A stretch of DNA of 64,000 bases from an uncultured bacterium (GTDB lineage Bacteria > Bacillota > Clostridia > Oscillospirales > Oscillospiraceae). The stretch lies in contig CAMWRX010000005.1 of NCBI GenBank assembly GCA_947176765.1, positions 3,771-67,770 on the forward strand, in the 5' to 3' direction. Below, piece after piece: positions 9,693 to 19,090 of this stretch. The notes below the pieces were generated by a model. It was given only the letters and a program-made list of their open reading frames with translations. It had not been told where the DNA came from and did no database searches. Position 1 is the first letter of the stretch; the number at the start of each line of letters is the position of its first letter. The translations under genes and the position numbers were made by a program.

Positions 9693-11183
9693 ATGTTTGG
9701 CAAAAACAAACCCAGCCAGAGCGAAATCGACGGCGTGCAGTACCGCCGCGCCAAGCTGTGGCAGATCATCCTGTACGCCTGCAACGGCTTTGTGGGCATG
9801 AGCGTCTACTCTCTCATTGGTATGGCCAGCTACAGCGCCAGCATCGGCTACGGCATCAGCACCATCGTGGTGGGCTATATCCTCACCGGCACCCGCATCC
9901 TGGACGCTGTCACCGACCCCCTGCTGGCCTTCCTCTATGATAAAGTCAATACCCGGTTTGGCAAGCTGCGAGTGCTGCTGGTGGGCGGCTTTGCCGTTGA
10001 AGCCGTTGCCCTGCTGTGTATGTTCAACTTTATGAGCAGCAAGGGCTTTGGCGTGGTAATGTTTACCTTGTTGTATGTAGTCTACGTTATCGGCTATACC
10101 ATCACCAACATGACTGCCCAGACCATCCCCGCCATCATGACCAACGACCCCAAGCAGCGCCCCCTCATCGGCGTGTGGACCACCGCGTTCAACTATCTGG
10201 TGCCCATGACCATGATGATCGTGCTGAATATGGTGCTGCTGCCCATGTTCGGCGGGCAGTATAATCAGGCGTTTCTCTCCACCGCCTGCTGGGTGTGCAT
10301 CGGTATGGGAGCTGTCGGCATCATCCTGGTGTGTATCGGCGTCAGCGCTTTCGACAAGCCGGAAAACTTCACCGGCGTCAGCAATAAGCGTGAACCCCTG
10401 AAGATTAAGGACATGGTGTCCGTCCTGAAGGGCAACCGTCCCCTCCAATGCTATATCGTGGCCCAGGCCACCGACAAGCTGGCCACCCAGACCAACTCCC
10501 AGTCCATCATCAACACCCTGCTGTTCGGCATCGTCATCGGCAATATGGGCATTGCCACCACTTTGCAGGCGGTCAGTATGCTGCCCTCCATCCTCTTTGC
10601 CATCCTGGGTGCCAGGTACGCCGGAAAGGTCGGCAGCAAAAAGACCATCGTCACCTGGAGCACCATTTCCATGGTGGTGGCGGTGGTGACCGTCCTGTTT
10701 TTCGTGGTCATCGACCCCAAGCAGATTGCCGTCATGGGCCCCATGATGATCATTTACGTAATCCTGAACCTGGCCCTCAGCGGCTCTATGATGTGCGTCA
10801 CCACCGGCAGCACCGCATTTATGGCGGACGTCATTGACTACGAGCTGGACCGCTCCGGCAAGTACGTCCCCGCCGTGGTCACCGGCGTGTACAGTCTCAT
10901 TGACAAGATCGTCTCCGCCTTCGGAGCCACCATTGCCACCGCCTGCGTGGCCCTCATCGGCTACACCGCCACCCTGCCCCAGCCCGGGGACGAGATGACC
11001 ACGGCGCTGTTCTGGATGACCATGTTCGTCAAGTTCGGTATGCCTATCCTGGGCTGGCTTGCCACCCTGGCCGCCATGCGGTTCTGTAAACTGAGTAAGA
11101 CGGAAATGGTGGAAGTGCAAAAGCGCATTGCGGAGAAAAAAGCCGCCGCCGTCCAGGAAGTGGCGAAAGAAAACCTGAAATAA
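9693..11183 (+). CDS. GPH-family (MFS_2) glycoside/sugar transporter
   Basis: ILTGTRILDAVTDPLLAFLYDK..TRFGKLR; MADVIDYE...VTGVYSLIDKIVSAFG; about 12 TM. Confidence 0.9.
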   Translation: MFGKNKPSQSEIDGVQYRRAKLWQIILYACNGFVGMSVYSLIGMASYSASIGYGISTIVVGYILTGTRILDAVTDPLLAFLYDKVNTRFGKLRVLLVGGFAVEAVALLCMFNFMSSKGFGVVMFTLLYVVYVIGYTITNMTAQTIPAIMTNDPKQRPLIGVWTTAFNYLVPMTMMIVLNMVLLPMFGGQYNQAFLSTACWVCIGMGAVGIILVCIGVSAFDKPENFTGVSNKREPLKIKDMVSVLKGNRPLQCYIVAQATDKLATQTNSQSIINTLLFGIVIGNMGIATTLQAVSMLPSILFAILGARYAGKVGSKKTIVTWSTISMVVAVVTVLFFVVIDPKQIAVMGPMMIIYVILNLALSGSMMCVTTGSTAFMADVIDYELDRSGKYVPAVVTGVYSLIDKIVSAFGATIATACVALIGYTATLPQPGDEMTTALFWMTMFVKFGMPILGWLATLAAMRFCKLSKTEMVEVQKRIAEKKAAAVQEVAKENLK

Positions 11184-11199
11184 TGCCGTCAGGCGCAAG

Positions 11200-11231
11200 C
11201 AAGGGCGTCCGCTTTCGGGCGGACGCCCTTG
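11200..11231. terminator. Hairpin between convergent MFS and araC genes
   Basis: CAAGGGCGTCCGC / GCGGACGCCCTTG. Confidence 0.75.
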
Positions 11232-11235
11232 GGAA

Positions 11236-12453
11236 TCAATTCGGCCCGGAGCATTGCCTTCGGAACTCCGCCGGAGACTGGCCAGTAACCTGCTTAAAGC
11301 TCTGGCTGAAGTGGCTGCGGGAGGAATAACCCAGCGTATCAGCAATCTCCCGAACGTCCTGGTCGGTGCTTTTCAGGAGTATTTTGGCCCGTTCCACCTT
11401 GGCAAATTTGATATAGTCATTGATGGAGAGGCCGGTTTCCTTATGGAACCGTTGTGTGGTATAGTATTCGCTGTACCTCGCCACGGCGGCAAGGTCGGCG
11501 GCGCGGATACGTTCGCCCAGGTGCATTTCGATATAGTCCACGCATTTCTGTACTACTGGGCTGAGCTTTGGGTTGGTGCGGCATTTGTGGACGCGATGGA
11601 CAAAGTCGTCGTACATGGTGAGGGCGGTGGCCGTCAATTCGTCCATTGTCCGGGCGTCCTCGCTCATTTGGATATAGGTGTCTCCTAAAGCATACGCTTC
11701 CTCGGGGGACAGCCCGCCCTCAATGGCGGCCCGGCAGACGATGGAGCAAAATACGGTGTTGGAGATTTTGCCGTACCGAAGCGGGTCACGGCTTCGGACG
11801 GGCACCCCGTTGGAGAGCGTTTGAGAGATATTCAGTGCACGTTGATAGTCCAAGTCCCCATTTTTGACCATTTGCAGCATAGCCTGCTCGGCAGACCAGA
11901 TCTTATGGCGGTCCTTATGTCCTGCGTGGGGCAGCGGACCGGACGATTCCGGCAAAGCCTGTATCCCAATATCACTGATCATCAAACGCTCCCCGGTTAA
12001 GCAGTAATGGAGCATCAGCAGATCCCGGCTAAATACGATATGGGGCACTGTCGGGATGCGATACAGCACGTCGATGAAATGATGCTTCCAGGCCATACCG
12101 GCCTCTACCCCAACATAAGTATCAAAACCTTCCCGAATGCTTTTCATACTGACATCCGTATAAAAGACTGGGCCGATGACCCACGCGTGGAAAGGCTGCC
12201 CATCCCTTTCCTCATAGGCCGCGCCCCAGACAAGAGATAACCCGCTGCCCAGGGTAATGGGGGTGGATTGCTCCCGCCAGTGCGCCATCATTTTCTCATG
12301 ACACCCCAGCACGGAAAATGCGGTGGACAGGATATTTTCGTCCGGACAGTTGCTCTCCAGCAGGGCGCCTTCCGCATCGTAACACCAGGTGTAGATTTCA
12401 TTGCCGCACTGGATCAGTTCCCGAAAAAGTTCCATGCTTTGGGCTACGTCCAT
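11236..12453 (-). CDS. AraC family regulator with N-terminal sensor region
   Basis: C-terminal double HTH (RIRAADLAAVARYSEYYTTQRFHKETG...IADTLGYSSRSHFSQSFKQVTGQSPAEFR); ATG 12453. Confidence 0.9.
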   Translation of the reverse strand: MDVAQSMELFRELIQCGNEIYTWCYDAEGALLESNCPDENILSTAFSVLGCHEKMMAHWREQSTPITLGSGLSLVWGAAYEERDGQPFHAWVIGPVFYTDVSMKSIREGFDTYVGVEAGMAWKHHFIDVLYRIPTVPHIVFSRDLLMLHYCLTGERLMISDIGIQALPESSGPLPHAGHKDRHKIWSAEQAMLQMVKNGDLDYQRALNISQTLSNGVPVRSRDPLRYGKISNTVFCSIVCRAAIEGGLSPEEAYALGDTYIQMSEDARTMDELTATALTMYDDFVHRVHKCRTNPKLSPVVQKCVDYIEMHLGERIRAADLAAVARYSEYYTTQRFHKETGLSINDYIKFAKVERAKILLKSTDQDVREIADTLGYSSRSHFSQSFKQVTGQSPAEFRRQCSGPN

Positions 12454-12684
12454 AATGCTCAACCACCTTTCCTGGTTTTCATTGTAGCATAGATTTTTAC
12501 GCAATGCACGATATTTTGAAAACCTCCAAACGTTACTTTTTGCGCGGATGTTGTTTTCCGAAACACAATCAGGAAAAGTGTTTCTTTTTTCGTCACGTGG
12601 TGTAAAATTGCTGGTTGCCGAAAAAAACGCCATGATTTACAATAGGTTTCAGATACCAATACAACCCCAAAGGAGCTGTTTGTT

Positions 12685-14877
12685 ATGCGTACCATTCTTT
12701 CCCTTAACGACAATTGGAAATTTTTCAAGGCCCCCCATCCGGAGGATACCGGAGATGAAATCGTCACCCTGCCCCACACCTGGAACGCCGTAGACGGCCA
12801 GGACGGCGGCAACGACTACCATCGGGGAACCTGCTGGTATGAGCGGAAGCTGTCCAAGCCCGAGCTGGAGGCTGGTCACCGGGTCTGGCTGGAGGTCAAG
12901 GGCGCGGCCATGACCGCTGAAGTGTATCTCAACGGCGAAAAGCTGGCCCGTCACGAGGGCGGCTACTCCACCTTCCGCGTGGACCTGACCGATCATCTGA
13001 AGGACGATAACGTGCTGGCCATTTCGGTGGACAACAGCGACAACGACACCGTCTATCCCCAGAAGGCGGACTTCACCTTCTACGGCGGCCTGTACCGGGA
13101 TGTGAACCTGATCGTCGTGCCAGCTGTCCACTTCGAACTGGGCTATTGCGGTACGCCGGGCATCAAGGTCACCCCTATCGTCGATTTGGAGAAACAGTCT
13201 GCCCAGGTGGCTGTGGAAGCTTGGGTGGAGGGCGACGCAAAGCAGGTCACATTCACCGTAGCGGGACAGATACAGACGGCGGTCCCTGCCCAGGGCCGCG
13301 CCCAGGCCGCTTTTACCATTGAAAACGTCCACCTGTGGGACGGTGTGGACGATCCGTTCCTCTATACCGCCTCCGCCGCACTGGACAGCGGGGATGAGGT
13401 CAGCGCCCGCTTCGGCTGCCGGAAGTTCGAGATCGACCCCCAGAAGGGTTTCCTCCTCAACGGCCGCAGCTATCCCCTGCGGGGCGGCTCCCGTCACCAG
13501 GACCGTCAGGGCGCGGGCAACGCCCTGACATTAGAGCACCACAAGGAGGACATGGCCATCATCCGGGAGCTGGGGGCCAACACCCTGCGGCTGGCCCACT
13601 ACCAGCACGCCCAGGAGTTCTATGACCTATGCGACGAGAACGGCATCGTCGTGTGGGCCGAGATCCCCTACATCACCATGCACATGAAAAATGGGCGGGC
13701 CAACACCCTGTCCCAGATGGAGGAGCTGATCGTCCAGTGCTATAACCACCCCTCCATCGCCGTGTGGGGGCTGTCCAACGAGATCACCGCCGCCAGCGCG
13801 GTCAACGAGGAGCTGCTGGAAAACCACCGGGCCCTCAACGACCTGTGTCACAAGCTGGACGCCACCCGGCCCACCACCATGGCGGACGTGTTCATGCTGG
13901 AAATCGAAAGCCCCATCCTGGAGATTCCGGACGTAAACAGCTACAACCTGTATTTCGGCTGGTATCTGGGCGAGCTGGAGCAGAACGACGAATTCTTTGA
14001 CGAATACCACGAGAAGTACCCCGACCGTTGCATCGGCTTCTCCGAGTACGGCGCGGACGCCAATCCCCAGTACCAGTCCGCCGCGCCGGAGAAGGGTGAC
14101 TACACCGAGAGCTACCAGTGCGTCTACCATGAGCATATGCTGGCCATGATCGAAGCCCGCCCCTGGCTGTGGGCCACCCATGTATGGAACCTGTTCGACT
14201 TCGCTGCCGACGGCCGGGACGAGGGCGGCAAGAACGGCCAAAACCAAAAGGGCCTGGTCACCTTTGACCGCCAGCTGAAAAAGGATGCCTTCTACCTCTA
14301 TAAAGCCGCATGGAACAAAACCGAGCCCTTTGTCCATCTGTGCGGCAGCCGGTATGTGGACCGGACGGAGGACGTGACAGAGATCAAGGTCTACTCCAAC
14401 CAGAGCGAAGTCAGCCTGTATGTGGACGGGCGGCTGTTAGCCAGCCAGACGGGCAGGACGGTGTTCAAATTCCAGGTGCCCATTACCGGGGAACACTCCA
14501 TCGAGGCCCGGTCGGGTTCCTGCTGCGCGGTCATGCTGGTACGGAAGGTGGATGCGCTCAATCCCGATTATGCGCTGCCCGGACGTGCAACGGTGGTCAA
14601 CTGGTTCGACCAGGGAGAGAACGACCCTACCTGCTTCTCCGTCAGCGACAAGCTGGGCGAGATCCAAGCCCACCCCCAGGCGGGGCCCATTATCAACCAA
14701 ATGATGGCTCAGGGCGCGGCCAGCCGGGGCGACGTGGCTACCGCTGTGAAGGACAACCCGGGTCTGGTGCGCATGATGGGACGTATGACGCTGCTCAGCC
14801 TGCTGAAGCAGAGCGGTGCGGACGCCGAAAGCATTCAGCAGCTTAACCGGGTATTGCAAGGCATCAAGAAATCGTAA
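12685..14877 (+). CDS. GH2 beta-galactosidase/beta-glucuronidase with extra C-terminal module
   Basis: LPHTWN, FYGGLYRDV, RLAHYQH, WGLSNE (acid/base), SEYGAD (nucleophile), NQKGLVTFDR. Confidence 0.93.
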   Translation: MRTILSLNDNWKFFKAPHPEDTGDEIVTLPHTWNAVDGQDGGNDYHRGTCWYERKLSKPELEAGHRVWLEVKGAAMTAEVYLNGEKLARHEGGYSTFRVDLTDHLKDDNVLAISVDNSDNDTVYPQKADFTFYGGLYRDVNLIVVPAVHFELGYCGTPGIKVTPIVDLEKQSAQVAVEAWVEGDAKQVTFTVAGQIQTAVPAQGRAQAAFTIENVHLWDGVDDPFLYTASAALDSGDEVSARFGCRKFEIDPQKGFLLNGRSYPLRGGSRHQDRQGAGNALTLEHHKEDMAIIRELGANTLRLAHYQHAQEFYDLCDENGIVVWAEIPYITMHMKNGRANTLSQMEELIVQCYNHPSIAVWGLSNEITAASAVNEELLENHRALNDLCHKLDATRPTTMADVFMLEIESPILEIPDVNSYNLYFGWYLGELEQNDEFFDEYHEKYPDRCIGFSEYGADANPQYQSAAPEKGDYTESYQCVYHEHMLAMIEARPWLWATHVWNLFDFAADGRDEGGKNGQNQKGLVTFDRQLKKDAFYLYKAAWNKTEPFVHLCGSRYVDRTEDVTEIKVYSNQSEVSLYVDGRLLASQTGRTVFKFQVPITGEHSIEARSGSCCAVMLVRKVDALNPDYALPGRATVVNWFDQGENDPTCFSVSDKLGEIQAHPQAGPIINQMMAQGAASRGDVATAVKDNPGLVRMMGRMTLLSLLKQSGADAESIQQLNRVLQGIKKS

Positions 14878-14888
14878 AGAGGGGCGTC

Positions 14889-16712
14889 ATGAAACAGACC
14901 TATTGCAATCCTCTGGACCTGGCCTACCGTTACCAGCACATGAAGGAGGGCCCGCAGATATGTGGCTTCCGGGAGGGGGCCGACCCCACCCTGGTGCATT
15001 TCAAGGGCTGCTACTATCTGTTCGTGTCCATGTCTGCCGGTTTCTGGCACAGCACGGATATGCTCAACTGGGAATTCCACGCCGCGCCTGATCTGCTCAT
15101 CTACGACTATGCGCCGGACGTGCGGCAGATGGGGGACTACCTCTATTTCTGCGCCAGCCGCCGGGATGAGAACTGCCCCATCCTGCGCACTGCCGACCCG
15201 CTGACGGAGAAGTTCACCGAAGTCTCCGCCCCCTTCGACTTCTGGGACCCGGATATCTTCTGCGACGACGACGGACGAGTGTACCTCTACTGGGGCTGCA
15301 CCAACACAGACCCCATCTACGGCATTGAGCTGGATTCGGAAACCATGACGCCCATCGGTGAAAAGCGGGAGCTGATTTTCGGCCGCGACGAGGAGCTGGG
15401 CTACGAGCGCCCCGGCGACAACGGCGTAGTGGACAGGGAACACAGCGTGGTGTATCAGCACCTGCGCAAGAGTTTCAATCCCATCACGCAGAAGATCGAG
15501 TTCCCCGCTGGGGCGGAGCGGATAGGCAATTACACCGCCGAGGCCATGACAAAAATGTTCCTTTCCATTGGAAAGCCCTACATCGAAGGCGCGTTCATGA
15601 CCAAGTACCAGGGGCGGTACTATCTGCAATACGCCTGCCCCGGCACCCAGTTCAACACCTACGCCGACGGCGTGTACGTGGGTAACCACCCCCTGGGCCC
15701 CTTTACCCTGCAAACGGCTAATCCCTTCTCCTCCAAGCCCGGCGGTTTCATCACCGGGGCGGGCCATGGCAGCACCATCGCCGACCAGTACGGGAACTAC
15801 TGGCACGCTTCCACCATGCGCATCAGCGTCAACTACGACTTTGAGCGCCGGGTGGGCCTGTTCCCAGCCGCGTTTGACAAGGACGGCGTGCTGTTCTGCA
15901 ACCAGAACTTCGCCGATTACCCCTTCAAGATTCCCCAGGGAAAATTTGATGCCGCCGCCCTGGAGCCGGAATGGATGCTGCTCAGCTACAAAAAGCCGGT
16001 GATGGTGTCCTCCACCGCCTCGGGTAGCAGCGGGTCGAATGCGGTGGACGAGGACATCCGCACTTGGTGGAGCGCCGCTTCCGCAAAGGAGGGCGAATGG
16101 CTGTGTGTCGATCTGGGTAAGTCTGCTGATATCCGGGCTATCCAAGTAAACCTGGCGGACGAGAACGTGGTGGTGGACTTCCCAGCGGACAGCTACGGCG
16201 ACACCCGAAAGACCCGGCACATTGAACTGGAACCTCAGATTTCCCACTATACCGTGGAAGTCAGCAATAACGGCGACAACTGGCATACCCTGGAGCAGGT
16301 GGATCGGGAGTGCTCCAATGGCTACTACGAGTACATGGACGGCGTGACCGCCCGCTATGTGCGGGTGAGCGGGGGCGCGCTGCCCTACGGCCAGCCCCTG
16401 CGCGTCAGTGGCCTGCGGGTGTTCGGCAATGGGGACGGGGAAAAGCCCGCGCCCGCTCAGGCAACTGCCGTCCGGCTGGGGGATCTGGACGCACGGGTGG
16501 TGTGGGAGCCCATCCCCGGCGCTCAGGGGTGCAATGTGCGGTACGGCATCGCCCCCGACAAGCTGTACCACAGCTGGCTGGTATATGATGCCAACGAAGT
16601 CACCCTGTCCACCCTCATCAAAGGGCAGACGTATTTTGTTCGGGTGGACAGCTTCAATGAGAATGGGATCACCCCCGGAGAGGTCATCCTGATGAAAGAG
16701 GCAGCACTATGA
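14889..16712 (+). CDS. GH43-like glycosidase with F5/8 (CBM32-like) and Fn3 domains
   Basis: GADPTLV, WDPDIFCDDDG, YIEGAFM, GAGHGS; AVDEDIRTWW..WLCVDLG discoidin-like domain. Confidence 0.85.
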   Translation: MKQTYCNPLDLAYRYQHMKEGPQICGFREGADPTLVHFKGCYYLFVSMSAGFWHSTDMLNWEFHAAPDLLIYDYAPDVRQMGDYLYFCASRRDENCPILRTADPLTEKFTEVSAPFDFWDPDIFCDDDGRVYLYWGCTNTDPIYGIELDSETMTPIGEKRELIFGRDEELGYERPGDNGVVDREHSVVYQHLRKSFNPITQKIEFPAGAERIGNYTAEAMTKMFLSIGKPYIEGAFMTKYQGRYYLQYACPGTQFNTYADGVYVGNHPLGPFTLQTANPFSSKPGGFITGAGHGSTIADQYGNYWHASTMRISVNYDFERRVGLFPAAFDKDGVLFCNQNFADYPFKIPQGKFDAAALEPEWMLLSYKKPVMVSSTASGSSGSNAVDEDIRTWWSAASAKEGEWLCVDLGKSADIRAIQVNLADENVVVDFPADSYGDTRKTRHIELEPQISHYTVEVSNNGDNWHTLEQVDRECSNGYYEYMDGVTARYVRVSGGALPYGQPLRVSGLRVFGNGDGEKPAPAQATAVRLGDLDARVVWEPIPGAQGCNVRYGIAPDKLYHSWLVYDANEVTLSTLIKGQTYFVRVDSFNENGITPGEVILMKEAAL

Positions 16713-16781
16713 CGGATAAAGCTGTCTGTCAGTCTGCGGGTGTTACAAAGTATCAAAAGTCTGTGCGAAGGAGATGTTCCC

Positions 16782-18215
16782 GTGAATAAGCTGATTTTTA
16801 ACCCTATTCTACCCAGTTGGGAGTACATTCCCGATGTGGAACCCCGCATTTTCGGAGATCGTTTATACCTTTATGGCAGTCATGACCGATTTGGTGGCTC
16901 AGATTTCTGCATGAATGACTACGTGGGCTGGAGCGCCCCACTGAAGGATTTGAGTGATTGGCGGTATGAGGGTGTGATCTACAGTCCCAAGGCAGACCCT
17001 GCCAACGTCGACGGAAATCAAAATGGCTTTGCCCCGGACTGCGTTCAGGGATCAGATGGTCGGTACTATTTATATTATTGCCTGCACCGCAGCTCTACGA
17101 TTTCGGTGGCGGTATCAGATACTCCTACTGGTCCTTTTGCCTATTATGGGAAGGTGCAGAATAAAGACGGCAAGCCTTATGGCGGTGAGGGCAGCATTTT
17201 CGGTTTTGACCCCGGCATTTTGATGGACGATGGTCACATTTGGTTGTTTGCCGGGTTCGCCGCCCGCGAACCCATGCGGACTTACATGAAGGCCGGAGGG
17301 ATGCTGGTAGACGGCAGCTACTGTGTGGAGCTGGCCCCGGATATGCTGACAGTGCTCACCCAACCTACACTGGTGCTACCTGGCGAGGCCGTGTCAGCGG
17401 GTACCGGGTTCGAGGGCCACGCCTTCTACGAGGCCAGCAGTCCCCGAAAAATCGGTGACCGGTACTATCTTATCTATTCAAGCCAGCGTAGCCATGATCT
17501 CTGCTATGCCGTCAGTGACAGGCCAGACGGCGAGTATACCTACGGCGGCATTTTGGTCAGCATTGGGGACATCGGCTTGCGGAACGAAGCGGATGCAATC
17601 AACTATCTGGAAAATACCCACGGCGGCATGGTGGAGCTGAGTGGCCAGTGGTATGTGTTCTACCACCGCCAGACCAACCGAAGCCGTTATTCCCGCCAAT
17701 GCTGCGCAGAACCGCTGCAGATTTTGTCGGACGGCAGCATCACACAGGCGGAAGTCACCAGCTGTGGGCTGAACGGTGGTCCGCTGCCGGGACGCGGCAG
17801 CTATCCCGCTTACATCGCTTGCAACCTATCATCTGCGCATGGTATCTGCTCTTACACCGACCCCGAGAAGATCGGACCTGAGCATCCCTATTTTACCCAG
17901 AGCGGTGGTGACCGTGAAAGGGATGGCGACCAGTATATTGCTAATCTGCAAGACGGAACTTGGACCGGATTCAAATACTTTGCGTATATCGGGGACGAAA
18001 AGTCTATCTCTGTCACAGTACGGGGCAACGCTTTCGGTACGCTCTGTGTGTCCACAGCGCAAGGTGGCGTTCCTGTTGTAGAGATCCCGATTACCGTCTC
18101 AACCGATTGGACGCGGTTCTCCGCCCCGTTGACTATGGTACCGGGCATTGCGCCGCTGTACTTCACCTATCATGGTGATGGTGCCATAGATTTCGCCGCA
18201 TTTGACATCGAATAG
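16782..18215 (+). CDS. GH43 xylosidase/arabinosidase-like enzyme with C-terminal CBM6-like domain
   Basis: YIPDVEP, YLYGSHD, FAPDC, FDPGI, FYEAS, NTHGG; GTG 16782 after GAAGGAG. Confidence 0.85.
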   Translation: MNKLIFNPILPSWEYIPDVEPRIFGDRLYLYGSHDRFGGSDFCMNDYVGWSAPLKDLSDWRYEGVIYSPKADPANVDGNQNGFAPDCVQGSDGRYYLYYCLHRSSTISVAVSDTPTGPFAYYGKVQNKDGKPYGGEGSIFGFDPGILMDDGHIWLFAGFAAREPMRTYMKAGGMLVDGSYCVELAPDMLTVLTQPTLVLPGEAVSAGTGFEGHAFYEASSPRKIGDRYYLIYSSQRSHDLCYAVSDRPDGEYTYGGILVSIGDIGLRNEADAINYLENTHGGMVELSGQWYVFYHRQTNRSRYSRQCCAEPLQILSDGSITQAEVTSCGLNGGPLPGRGSYPAYIACNLSSAHGICSYTDPEKIGPEHPYFTQSGGDRERDGDQYIANLQDGTWTGFKYFAYIGDEKSISVTVRGNAFGTLCVSTAQGGVPVVEIPITVSTDWTRFSAPLTMVPGIAPLYFTYHGDGAIDFAAFDIE

Positions 18216-18229
18216 GAGGTTGGTTCATT

Positions 18230-19078
18230 ATGCCAATTAAAGCTGTCCAGCAATTCATGCTGGGCTCCGTGATGAACAACGAGGCCCAGGCCAGGGACGT
18301 TTTGCAGAAAATGAAGGAGGCTGGGTATGGCGGCATTGAGCTGTGCGGGTTTATGATCCATCCCACCGGCCTGATGGTGCGCCTGATGACCAAAGCTGCC
18401 GGTATGCCTGTGGGCAAGGGCGGCAAGCTGGACTGGAAGGGCATCGTGAAGGATTCCGGCCTCCAGGTGGTGAGCCTGCACACCGATCTGGGCAGTGTCG
18501 AGCGGGATGCCGCCACAGTGGCCGCCGAGGCAAAGGAGTTTGGAACCAAGTACGCGGTCATCACTGGGATGTACCGCTTCGCCTATGGGGACGAGGCCGT
18601 CATCCACGATTTGGCGGCGCGGCTGAACAAGGCGGGCGAGGCACTGAAAAAAGGCGGCGTCGACCTACTCTACCACAACCACAACTGCGAGCTCCAGCGG
18701 GTCAGCGGGGACAAGCGGGCCTATGATATCCTGTTGGAGGAGACCGACCCGGCTTTTGTCAACTTTGAGTTCGATAGCTATTGGTTCGCCGACGGTGGGG
18801 CCAACCCGCTGACCTGGATGGAGCGGCTGGGAGCGCGCATGAAGCTGTGGCACATCAACGACCGGGGGACGCGGCTCTCCGGCCCGGCCATGACGCCCAT
18901 CCTGAACAGCGACAGCATGGAGCTGGGCACCGGCAATCTGCCGTTGGAAGCGCTGGCCCAACAGGCCAAGGCAAACGGCATTGAGGCGGTGATCCTGGAG
19001 AGCCATCGCAACTGGATCGACAAATCCCCGGTCAAAAGCCTGGAATTGAGCGCAAAGTGGCTCAACCGACATTTTTAA
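18230..19078 (+). CDS. Sugar phosphate isomerase/epimerase (xylose-isomerase-like TIM barrel)
   Basis: GYGGIE, LLYHNHNCE, FEFDSYW, WHIND, ELGTG. Confidence 0.88.
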   Translation: MPIKAVQQFMLGSVMNNEAQARDVLQKMKEAGYGGIELCGFMIHPTGLMVRLMTKAAGMPVGKGGKLDWKGIVKDSGLQVVSLHTDLGSVERDAATVAAEAKEFGTKYAVITGMYRFAYGDEAVIHDLAARLNKAGEALKKGGVDLLYHNHNCELQRVSGDKRAYDILLEETDPAFVNFEFDSYWFADGGANPLTWMERLGARMKLWHINDRGTRLSGPAMTPILNSDSMELGTGNLPLEALAQQAKANGIEAVILESHRNWIDKSPVKSLELSAKWLNRHF

Positions 19079-19090
19079 GGAGGGAGCCTT

